From positions 106,950,001-107,014,000 of the forward strand of contig OX597820.1 of assembly GCA_951406725.2 (NCBI GenBank): 64,000 nucleotides of DNA, in the 5' to 3' direction. A model generated the notes under the pieces. It did no database searches and was not told where the DNA came from. It worked only from the letters and a program-made list of their open reading frames with translations. A program made the position numbers and the translations under genes. This document shows positions 52,941-64,000 of the stretch, in pieces (position 1 is the stretch's first letter; each line of letters starts with the position of its first letter). The DNA is from Octopus vulgaris. Taxonomy: Eukaryota.

Positions 52941-54248
52941 CTAACAGAGATACCCGGCGTTGCTCGTGTTACATTCAATTGAAGAATTAGACTTTTCTGT
53001 TATATTTTCTGTAATGAACTGGAATATCTATGTTTCGAATTTCATCAAAACTGCAGATGAGGGTTATTTCCCTCTTTACACACCCTAAAAAAATTGTAAT
53101 CATGCCACATGTATCCCATACTACTGATTTTTATGTGCACATTACAAAATTCCAGTCTTATTGAACCTGTTAAAAAGATTTTACTCCTGAAAAATGAAGG
53201 TCATGGAGCTCTAAAATGTGAGAGTTAAGGCCCCTATTGGGGGTGGGTATCTTAATGTGAAGCAGAGAAGTTGAATTGTTGAGAATCTTTTTAACTTGGG
53301 TCTTATATCTATTGTTTGAATTTCTTTGAAATAGGAAATATAATGTTCACTGGGTTTGTAAAAGAGAGCAAAGCTACAGGAAACCAAAAGGCGAATGATC
53401 ACAATAAGCAGTCAGCTACCCTACCCTAGTCATTACCACTCCCAATGTAGGATTTCTCCCCATCCAGGTGACAGGCACAGCCGTAACAGGCATTAGGAAT
53501 CTATAGCAATTGGAAGGGGGTGACCCAACTGAAATAAACATTAACAACTGTGTGACATGAGGGCTAAGGAGAAATGAAAGTTGGGGTTGGCAAATGACCA
53601 CTATACTGATATGTAACTGGACAGAATAAATATACAATCTATAAATGTCTTCGAATAACCAGTCACTCATCTGGGAAGGCCTTGAAATCAATGTTACCAT
53701 TTGGGGACTATGTGTGACCCAGTGATAATAAAAAGACTGAAAGGAGGTCTGCAATCAAACAACTTTACTCAACACTTTGCAACTGAATCAGTAGAGGTAA
53801 AGATGCCTCTCATTTACTTGACAATTTATGCAGCACATTGCAGAAATCACAATCTAATTGTATGTCAAAGCAAACCCTTACACTGTTGTACCATTGAATT
53901 ACAAATAATGCTAATCTTTTATGCTTGGGTAACCCTACAGCTTCCAAGAGTACAACAGTATTCGTCTTTGCTTAGATAAAATGACAAAATTGTGGGTGTT
54001 AAGTCCCCATGGAGGGGTCTTTCTAAATTATAAGAAGATGAAATTTTATAAATATTACTTCATTTGTGTCTAATATCTGTGATTAAAATTTCATCAACAG
54101 CAAAAATATATGAATTGTCATGGGGGTTATGGTCCTTATGCATAGTATATAATTTCCAAATTTCATAAAGATCTATTCAGTACTTTTGACCTAGTTTTGG
54201 ATCATAAAAGAAATTACTAAAATTTGGGAGTTAAGGCCCCCATTAGGG

Positions 54249-54311
<63 letters not shown>

Positions 54312-54312
54312 T
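52941..54312 (-). mobile_element. Possible degenerate non-autonomous Helitron
   Basis: The left end actaacagagatacccggcgttgctcgtgt reads on the minus strand as an imperfect hairpin + TTAG. The other end is unclear and lost in microsatellite. Confidence 0.45.
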
Positions 54313-54540
54313 ACACACACACACACACACATACAAAGATAAATTGATAGGTACAACTGAGTGGGCAAACTAAGATATGAGCCTAGTGCATTTTTTTATG
54401 TTGATAAGCCTGGTAATTATTCTATTAGTTTGTTTTTGTGAAACCAGTAATTTATGCGGATGTAAATAAATGAACAGCAGTTGTGAAGCAGTGATGAGGG
54501 TGAAACACAGAGACAAAGACACACACATACACTTACATAT

Positions 54541-54573
<33 letters not shown>

Positions 54574-55291
54574 CGATTAATTTGTTACACTTCCTATGTA
54601 CGAAATCCATACACACACACAAAGGTAAATTGATAGATATAACTGAGTGGGCAAACAAAAATATGAGACAATGCCTAGTGGGTTTTTTTTTTATTTTGAT
54701 AAGCCTGGCACTTATTCTATCAGTTTCTTCTTGTGAAACCAATAAATTATGGGGATGTAAATAAATGAACACCAGTTGTGAAGCAGTGATGAGGGAGAAA
54801 CACAAAGACACACACGTAAACTAACATATATACATACATATATATATACAATTGATTTCTTTCAGTTTCTGTCGACAAAATCCACTGACAAGGCTTTGGT
54901 TGGTCTGAGGCTATAGTAGAAGACACATGCCAAGTTACCACACAGTGGGACAGAACCCCGGACCATGTGTTTTGAAATGAAGTTTGTTACCACACAGCCA
55001 CACCTGCACCTATATATGTGTGTGTGGGGGTGTATATATGTATGCATGTATATATGTGTACATATTACATTTACATCTATATATATATATACATACATCT
55101 ACACATACATGTATACATATACATGTATATATATATATATACATTCATATATATACATGTATATATATATATACATTCATATATATACATGTATATATAT
55201 ATATATACATTCATATATATACATGTATATATATATATATACATTCATATATATACATGTATATATATATATACATTCATATATATACATG

Positions 55292-55336
<45 letters not shown>

Positions 55337-55388
55337 CATTATATAATATATATATATATATACATGTATATATATATATATATATATA

Positions 55389-55480
<92 letters not shown>

Positions 55481-55596
55481 AATAATTATTTGAGGGAATA
55501 TAAATCCAAACTTACAGGGAAAAAAATTCAATTTAGAAATACTAAATCAAATTTCACACAATATAATATGTATATATAAATTAGAAAAAAAACACC

Positions 55597-55647
<51 letters not shown>

Positions 55648-55694
55648 CGTATTTTTATTTATTAATTAATTATTTTATTATTCTAGTTTATTTC

Positions 55695-55783
55695 TAACCT
55701 GATGAGTGGCTATATTTATATTGAAGTGATTTTACTACTACTATAATCATTTCTTAAATATAGCAACGAAACAGGTGTCGTTA
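55695..55783 (+). ncRNA. Type I hammerhead ribozyme with long stem II (solo pLTR-like)
   Basis: taac-CTGATGA-GT-gGCTATATTTA…TAAATATAGCa-AC-GAAA-CAGGTG-TC-gtta. Confidence 0.82.
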
Positions 55784-55897
55784 TTCTACCAATTATATAC
55801 GTTTTTATTTTAATTTTAATATTTCTATTCTATGTAATTTTCTAGATGGTGTAATTTAATTGTTCATTTTGAATTGATAAACGGTGTCTTTTTTCTA

Positions 55898-55938
<41 letters not shown>

Positions 55939-55950
55939 TATATGTATACA

Positions 55951-56028
<78 letters not shown>

Positions 56029-56077
56029 CATCTATATGTATACATCTATATATATATATACATCTATATATATATAT

Positions 56078-56440
56078 AGGAGTGGCTGTGTGGTAAGTTG
56101 CTTGCTAACCAACCACACGGTTGCGGGTTCAGTCCCACTGCGTGGCATCTTGGGCAAGTGTCTTCTGCTATAGCCCCGGGCCGACCAATGCCTTGTGAGT
56201 GGATTTGGTAGACGGAAACTGAAAGAAGCCTGTCGTATATATGTATATATATGTATATGTGTGTGTGTTTGTGTGTCTGTGTTTGTCCCCCTAGTATTGC
56301 TTGACAATCGATGCTGGTGTGTTTACGTCCCCGTCACTTAGCGGTTCGGCAAAAAGAGACCGATAGAATAAGTACTAAAAGGTGGTGCTCCAGCATGGCC
56401 GCAGTCAAATGACTGAAACAAGTAAAAGAGTAAAAGAGTA
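56078..56440 (+). mobile_element. tRNA-derived SINE (family A), near full-length
   Basis: A-box-like TGGCTGTGTGGT, B-box-like GGTTCAGTCCC and (GTAAAAGA)n tail. Confidence 0.88.
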
Positions 56441-56486
<46 letters not shown>

Positions 56487-56722
56487 TTACATGTGTATAT
56501 ATATATATATATACACATGTAAATTTAAAATAATAAGGGTGAAAAATTGAATATGAATTTGATTAGTGTGAATTGAAAACCAGTGGTATAGCATATAAGA
56601 CCATAGCGGATCTTCTTCTAGCAGAATGGATGTCCAGTTACAGTTCATCCCTGTTATATAATAGTTTCACTTTAATTAATAGTTTCAGTATTAAAGTGAA
56701 AGCATCTGACATTACAATAGAG

Positions 56723-56925
56723 CAGAGGTGGGCAAACTACGGCCCGCCATAGGTTTTCATGCGGCCCGCCGAGAGGAATATTTCACAAAATTTCCTTTCA
56801 ATCGTGTGTTTATAGGTCTATAACCGCCTTTAAAAATATTTTCACTTGATTTTTATAAATGAGGCCCGCCAAGGTTCCAAAGACGCACTGTGCGGCCCGC
56901 GATCAAAAAAGTTTGCCCACCCCTG
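56723..56925. mobile_element. hAT-superfamily MITE (203 bp)
   Basis: TIRs CAGAGGTGGGCAAACT / AGTTTGCCCACCCCTG, 8-bp TSD caatagag/caacagag and subterminal GGCCCGC motifs. Confidence 0.9.
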
Positions 56926-57930
56926 CAACAGAGAGATGTTTTTCTTTCACTTTTGACACGTAATACTGAAATAATGGAGAAGATATGATATTGCTGTGGA
57001 CTCGCCCTAGGCAAGAAGTTAAAACATTTTTTTGCCCATAAGTAAGGCATGTGTAAAATTTGAATGAAATTGGTTGAGTAGTTCTCAAGTTTTAGAGATT
57101 CACACAGACAGACAAACAGACAGACATGCATTCTCAGTTTCATATATATAGATACACCCACACATAGTATACTGATTGCATTCATGGAGGGGTGAACACT
57201 TTTTTTTTGGAAAATCAAATTGTGTCATAGTGCAAAAGAAGTATGTGGATGTGTGATTAAGAATCTTGGGTTCATTCCTTCTGTGTAGTACCTTGGGCAT
57301 GTGTCTTCTACTACAGACCTAGACAACCAAAGCCTTGTGAGTGGATTTGGTAGATAGGAACTGGAAGAAGCCTTCATATATGTCATGTGTGTGTTTGTAT
57401 GTGTACCCTTGTCATGACATTACATGATGAATGTATACAAGCACCACTGTTATATAAGTGTTGTTGTTTATTTCCAGTCTTCTGTGAAAACATGTTCGGT
57501 CATGGGGGAATATTACCTTACTTGGAAACAAGTGAGGGTTCATGACATGTAGAAAATCTAATTTATGAAATTCCTTCTGACCCATCCAAGTATGAAAGAG
57601 GGAACATTAAATGATAATGAAACATTCAATGCTTTCAGTTAAATAATCTTATTAAAATACAAATTAGGGTAGCGAGCTACCAGAACCTTTAGCATGTTGG
57701 GCAAAATGCTTGGCTGCATTTCATCTGTCTTTATGATCTGAGTTCAAATTCTGCTTTGCTTTCCATCCCCTCAAGGGTTTGTAAAATATTAGGGTCAATG
57801 TAATCAACTGACCCCATCACCTGAATTTGCTGGCTTTGTGTCAAAGCTTGAAACTAATAAATTCAACAATAAACCAACAATCACCGATAGAATGTAAATC
57901 ATGAAAACAGACATTCGGAAAGTAACTTAC

Positions 57931-58033
57931 TGTGTGGATTGTATTGCACCAACATTGTTAGGGTTTCTCGACACTGACGCAATACACTGGCTGCTAACTG
58001 ATAAGTTGCAGTTCGCATGTTGATGCCACAAAC
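57931..58033 (-). CDS. DLG5: DLG5-like exon, C-half of PDZ (VCGINMRTATYQLAASVLRQCRETLTMLVQYNPH)
   Basis: tgtAG/GTAAGT; in phase with both neighbours; the GIN-R-AT...QYNPH pattern resembles DLG5 PDZ3. Confidence 0.93.
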
Positions 58034-58102
58034 CTACAATAAGAAAACAAGTAGAAATAGTCATTTGAATCAATTTTTTCCACATAAGTATAAACTATAT
58101 TG

Positions 58103-58650
58103 AGCTCCCAGGAGTAGCCTGTCTTGAATTCCTCTGTTATTGCCTGAAGGACTATGATGAATAAAAGGGGGGCTGGGGACTGATACTTGATGAACCCCTA
58201 CTTCTACCTGGAATTCTTCACTATACTTGTTGCCAACCCTCACCTTACTAACAGCATCCCTAAACATGGCTTGTACAGCTCTTACCAACCACTCATCTAT
58301 CCCCAGTTTCTGCATTGACCACCAGATAAGAGAATGGGGTACCCTGTCAAAGGCTTTCTCCAAGTCAACAAAAGAGGTTTATCTTTGGCTAAATATTTCT
58401 CTTGCATTGCCATACCAGAAATATAGCATTAGTGGTGCTTCTGCATGGCATAAAACCAAGCTGTATCTCATCTAGGCTAACTCTCTCCTTAATTAGTTGG
58501 GCTATGTCCCTCTCCATAACTTTCATCACCTGATCCAATAATTTGATACTCCTGTAGTTATTTCTATCTAAAGCATCACCTTTACCCTTGTAGCAACTGA
58601 CTATGGTGCTGCTACACCAGTCATTGGGTATGACTCCTTCATGAACAACT
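58103..58650 (-). mobile_element. RTE RT fragment (…EKAFDRVP…GVHQ…WEL)
   Basis: Homologous to 36335-36890. Confidence 0.88.
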
Positions 58651-58979
58651 TAATTTATGTAGTATCCCTTAGTTGGTTGGATTCACAATCTCTAACTCTC
58701 TTGGAATTACACACACACACACACATAAATATGTATACACACATATATATATATGTGTGTGTATGTGTATGTATCTTTGTGTCTGTGTTTCTCTCCCCAC
58801 CATCATTTGACAGCTGATGTTGGTGTGTTTACATCTTCATAACTTAGTGGTTCAGAGAAAGAGAGCAATAGACTAAGTCCTGGAGTCGATTTCTTCAACT
58901 AAAAACCCTTTAAGGCAGTGCTTCAGCATGGCCACAGTCAAATGACTGAAACTAGTAAATGAAAGAAAGAATATATTTA

Positions 58980-60150
58980 TCATCATCATCGTTTAACATT
59001 CGTTTTCCATGCTGGCATGGGTTGGAAGGTTTTGATTGAGGTCTGCAGAGCCAGTGGATGCACCAGGTTCCAATCTTATCTGACAATGTTTCTACAGCTG
59101 GATGCCCTTCCTAATGCCAACCACTCTAAGAGTGTGGTGGTTACTTTTTATATGCCACTGGCACAGGAGCCAGTCAGGTGACCTTGGCATCAATCATGTT
59201 CAGATAGTGCTTTTTTTAATGTGCCACCAGCACGGGAGCCAGTCGGGGGTCATTAGCATCGGCCACATTAAGATGATGCTTTTTACATGCCATCGGCACA
59301 GGAGCCAGTCAGGCGGACCTAGCACTGACCATGCTCAGATGGTGCTTTTATTGTGCCACTGGCACGGGAGCCTGTCAGAGGGCACTGGTATCAGCCACAT
59401 TCAGATGGTGCTTCTCACATGCCATCGGCACAGGAGCCAGTCAGGTAGACCTGGCACTGACCATGCACAGATGGTGCTTTTTATGTGCCACCGGCACAGG
59501 AGCCAGTCAAGGGACACTGGCATCAACAATGTTTGGATGATGCATTTTATGTGCCACCAGAATGGGAGCCAGTCAAGGTGCACTGGCCACAACTACAATT
59601 TTGGTTTTACTTGACTCAGCAGGTCTTCTCAAGTATATCATATCACCCAACACATCAAGGTTACTCTTAAATGGGCTGGACATGCAACACTGGCATCGAC
59701 CATCGCTGCAATCTCACTTTAGTTGCTGAAGCAACCACCCCCACTACAGACTTGGTCGCCTAGGCAGTGGAAGCTGTCAACTACTTCTGGTTTTTCCCCC
59801 TGGCATGTGATGGAATCTGTTTTCTGTACATCTTCAGTGTTTATTGTTCTTGTTCATCTGCCACACACGAAAACTATCTTCCTGGTTAACCTTCCTTTGA
59901 TATTGCTGCACCTTTTATGTGCTTACACCGGGTACACGTTTGGAATTTCTACCCATGCCTTTTCTACAGATCAAGCAGGGCCATCTACCTGAAGGTGGTT
60001 GTGATTTGTCAGCCTTCCTACTTACTAAGTCTTTGGTTTTTGATAGGTTAACCCTAAGGCCCTTTGATTCTAGACCAAGAACTAGAGACCCTAAACTTCG
60101 TCTCTAGTTCTGGCAGTAACTCAGCTACTAGAGCAAGGTCATCAGCATAT
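58980..60150 (-). mobile_element. RTE fragment (from YADDL) with an expanded 3' tail of ~60-bp tandem units (59150-59590)
   Basis: Homologous to 35900-36330; about 8 copies of gtgccaccggcacaggagccagtca…cagatggtgc; (GAT)n end. Confidence 0.85.
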
Positions 60151-60212
60151 GTAAAAGTGTGTATATATGTATGTATTTATATTTACAACTTAACCTTATA
60201 AACTTTCTAAAC

Positions 60213-60334
60213 TCTCTGTTGAAGCCCAGAGGCACCCCCAAGTACCTTAATCTTATCTACCAAATACTTCAGTTCACTGAAGGGATGGAAGTAAAGTGGG
60301 GTACTATGACCTCTTGGCTGAAACGGCTGTAAGA
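60213..60334 (+). ncRNA. Hammerhead motif with long branched stem II and a mutated core (CUGUUGA)
   Basis: tct-CTGTTGA-AGCC-cAGAGG…AGTACC…CTTCAGT tc ACTGAAG…GGTACT…CCTCTt-GGCT-GAAA-CGGCTG-TA-aga. Confidence 0.68.
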
Positions 60335-61116
60335 AATTATTCTACTTTCTATATTCTACATTGTATATTTTTATAATTACTGGTACTTTTATATATGTAA
60401 AGCATAATATGTTATGTATGTATATTGTTATAACTGTTTTTTTAGAAATGAATAGGACATAATATAATGTCTAAAAGTTGATGAATACCACCTCAAGATC
60501 CCCTCCATTTTCTTATTGCTTTTTATATATATATATATACATACACACACAGTGGGCTTCTTTCAGTTTCTCTCTACCAAATCCACTGCAAAGGCTTTGG
60601 TCAGCCCATATCTATAGAAGACACTTGCACAAGGTGCCATGCAGTGGGACTGAACCTGAAACCATGTGGTTAGGAAGCAAGCTTCTTACTACACAGCCAC
60701 AGCTTTGCATGCTTTTGTCTCTTTGTTTTTTACATTGCATGATAGTTGTAAATGAGCATCTGAGAAGTGCTCAGCCATGTGCATGTTAATTTTCTAAGCA
60801 GGCTGTTCTGTTGATTGGATCAACTGGAACCCTTGTCATCATAACCGACTGAGTACCAGTTGTTTTTCTGTGCTGAGGACCCCATGTGGAAAGTAGAGTT
60901 AGACACAAAGGCCCACACCAGAGAGAGTTATGATGATAATGATGAGAATTACATACAAGAGCAGATATTTATAGAAATCAAACATGTTTTTTATAACATG
61001 ATCTTCAGTCAAAAAATCAAAGAGAGAAACTTGGTTCCACCCCTAAACATTGACATAGACAGCTAATTTATTATTATTATCAGTCCTGTTAATTTCAAAT
61101 TGCAAAGGAAACTTAC

Positions 61117-61279
61117 TTCAAGAAGTTGATCACCAACATACAAGTCATGTTCTACGGCTAAACTATTTTCACTTATAGATGAAACAAAAATGCCCCCAGA
61201 TTTCGAGGCTTCAATTTTGAAGCCAACAGGTTCTGAAGACATTTCAATGCTCATACTTCGTGTATCACCTGGTTTAGGT
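61117..61279 (-). CDS. DLG5: DLG5-like exon, N-half of a PDZ domain (KPGDTRSMSIEMSSEPVGFKIEASKSGGIFVSSISENSLAVEHDLYVGDQLLE)
   Basis: ttcAG/GTAAGT; 163 nt; PDZ motifs GIFVSSI and L-VGDQLLE. Confidence 0.92.
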
Positions 61280-62871
61280 CTGAAACAGAAATGAATATTC
61301 TTATTATGGTAGAACAAGGACAGCATAATAAAACTACGAAGCAAAGCTATAACATTTAACATTTCCATCGGATAAGAAAATTTTAAATCAAAACTTTCAT
61401 CATATTTTCTGAAGACAATCTTATAATATTTCCTTAATCTACAGAATTTACCTGCAGCTAATTCTTTTAAACTCCAAACAATGTATTACCTTTTTATTTG
61501 TTTATGTAAGTAATAAGAAACTGGAAACTATCATGATCTGTTTGTAAGTGTTTGTATGTGTGTGTGTGTGTGTGACACATATTTAAGTGTATGTGTGTAG
61601 AAATATCATACATACTTGTACTTAATAAACCTCTTTACTGGACTGCCCCAGAAAAAAAATGAACTTACATAAACAAAAAATATTTTGACATTTAAAATGA
61701 ACAACTGAAAATAATTTTTATAAAACTGTACTTTATAGCTAACTGTGCATAGAAATTTTGTACATAAATTTCTATTTTATATGTCAGAAATTTTATGCTT
61801 GATATTATTTCAGTTACATTGGGTACAGGGATGGCTGTGTGGTTAAGCAGTTTGTTTCCCAACTACATGGTTCCAGGTTCAGTCCAACTGCAAACTAATC
61901 AAAAGCTTGTGAGTAGATTTCGTAGATGGAAACTGAAAGGACATTGCACGTGCATGTGTGTGCTGATATCAGGCCACTTGTGAGGTCTCTCATGAATGTT
62001 ACTAGTAACATGGAATCCAGTACAATCTGTTGCATGATCAGATCGTTGGCGACTAAACCAGCTCCTCCACTAGGCTTGCCTTGTGAAGAGGGTTGCTAGG
62101 AACCCAGCAGGGCTAAATACAAGACCTGTCAAAAGGATGAATGAACCTAGTGTAGGTTCAATAACTATCTGGCAATAGCATGGGCACTCAGAAGTTCTAC
62201 ACTGGTGTCTGGAATGCTGGAAGATCACTGGGAGTGAAGTTTTATTAAAGCTTGTCTCTAGAACTTGCTTTAAACCCAGGTGTTGTTTGCTCTGATAATT
62301 GGTCATTGAGTCCTCTGTGATAGTCGGCAATTGATGGCAAGACAGGCTGCTACAGATCACACTATCTCAAAGTATATATGCATGTGACCGGGACGACATA
62401 TGAACTTGTATTTCCACTAAAACTCCAAGCAACTTATTGGTTGGAGCTGGCGCAATCAACGCCAGGTGAATGTCACCACAAGTACAAATAAGTAGTAGGT
62501 GTGTGCACATGCACATTCATGAGACAGTATCTTTGCATGTATTTCCCTGTCTTGACATTACATAAAAATTGTAAATGAATGACACTGTCATATAATTGAT
62601 GTCCCTTGCTTCTAATCTTCTGTGTAAACATGTCTAGCCATAGAATATCTGTATCAATGAATACTGCTAATACTACACAAGCATGGAAAAGCAGATGTTA
62701 AAACAATGATGACATGAAGTACTGCACAGGAATTACTCACATCCAAACAGCATATACAAATATGAACAAATATTTAATGTTTGTGCCCAGGTTAACTAGC
62801 AAAGAAAAAAAGAAAGATAATATTAATATATTATTCTTCCTTTGATGAGGTGATTAAAAACATTTCCTTAC

Positions 62872-62986
62872 TTCCTTCCTTGTTTCGAATGGACCCAAAA
62901 ATTAGATAAAGGTGGCACTAGAGAAGGTGTGGAACTCCGTTCCAAAGGAAACATCACAGGTGACATTGGACTGCTGCGTTCTGATA
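62872..62986 (-). CDS. DLG5: DLG5-like MAGUK internal exon (Ser/Pro-rich linker before PDZ): SERSSPMSPVMFPLERSSTPSLVPPLSNFWVHSKQGR
   Basis: ttgcAG acceptor and GTAAGG donor; open frame; the phase-2 end joins the next exon in frame (AA|A = Lys). Low-complexity sequence, so weaker support than the domain exons. Confidence 0.7.
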
Positions 62987-63094
62987 CTGCAAGAATAATT
63001 TAACATAGAGTTAATTAGGCGATATTACATAATAATAAAACACTAAATTATCTAAATTCAACACAATTCACTAAATAAATAATAATATTGTTAA

Positions 63095-63303
63095 CCCTTG
63101 TGGTACTAACTCACCTGAAAATGATCAGGTTCTGATACAAACTTCCTGTTTTATAGATCTTAACTAAAACCTTCCATCAAAATTTCATGTGAATTTATAT
63201 TTTGAACACAAGCTTAATAATGATTTTTTTTTTTTTTTTTTTTTTTGCTGAAGTCTTTATTTTCAAGATTAATTGAAACAAAAGCAGTGTATTTAAACAG
63301 GGG
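63095..63303. mobile_element. piggyBac-type MITE
   Basis: TTAA-CCC…GGG-TTAA termini; internal sequence shared with other copies in the window. Confidence 0.7.
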
Positions 63304-64000
63304 TTAAATCAAATATTAACAAATTTGATGTGTGATTAATAAATAATTAAATGCAGAGATAGGGTGTGTGTATGGGTGGGGTTATAAAATATGGGAGTGG
63401 AAGATTCATCATGCAATATCATTTGCTATAACTAAGCAGCCAACAATGAAATCTGACTGGGGTTCAGATTTACAATGTAGTACCTTGGGCAAGTGTCTTC
63501 TATAGTCTCAGGCCAACCTAAGGCTTGTGAGTGGATCTGCTATATGGAAACTGAAAGAAGCCCATTGTGTATGTGGTGTGTGTATGTGTGTATTGTTATA
63601 TTTGGGGATGGTCATTTTTTTTATGCCAATTAACCATATATACTATATACTTGCTCTTCACTTCAGTTTTATTATTATCAGTTTAGTGTTCTTTGTCTGA
63701 AATCGTTCATAAATACATCCTGTGACCTCTTTTTTGTTGTGGCGAAAGTACGACACCCTCTGATGAGAAAAGACCGGACCACTACAGATAAATAGTAGCA
63801 GTCTGATGTAGTCAGCAGTTCGTAGTTTGGTTTTCGAAGTTCAAGTACAGTTTACAGTTCGAGTTATTGTGTTGGAAATATTGATGATTGGTTCATTTGT
63901 TACTGCTGCTGTTTCAATTTTGTGTTCTTATAATGCTGTTACAAGGTATTATTTATCTAACACTGACAATATCAACCATACTACGATATTGGAGGTGTAA

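Noticed and set aside
63755-63850. CTGATGA…stem…GAAG hammerhead-like motif
   Set aside because: Stem II is plausible, but GAAA is altered and stem I does not pair.

Overview
AT-rich, repeat-dense animal genomic DNA. It has long (TA)n tracts, a 100-N gap and SINE/RTE families of a kind typical of octopus; the species assignment is an inference. The single host gene is on the minus strand: 13 GT-AG exons (62986 down to 28445) splice in consistent phase into the C-terminal half of a DLG5-type MAGUK (PDZ-PDZ-SH3-GUK). I did not find the last coding exon, so 1-28444 is probably one very large intron. The introns hold a decayed Gypsy LTR element, a 5'-truncated Penelope-like element (RT + GIY-YIG), a near-intact CR1-group LINE with a trihelix/Myb + CCCH ORF1, RTE LINE pieces, mariner relics, Helitrons, hAT and piggyBac-type MITEs and tRNA-derived SINEs. 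The most unusual signal is about 15 minimal type I hammerhead-ribozyme (HHR)-like motifs from several unrelated families, many arranged as tandem or inverted repeats. Examples are a 359-nt retrozyme-like tandem unit whose core carries a compensatory U3:A8 change, a palindromic tRNA-SINE + HHR element, and a ~105-bp twin head-to-head HHR palindrome present twice. All RNA structures were folded by eye and none is experimentally verified.
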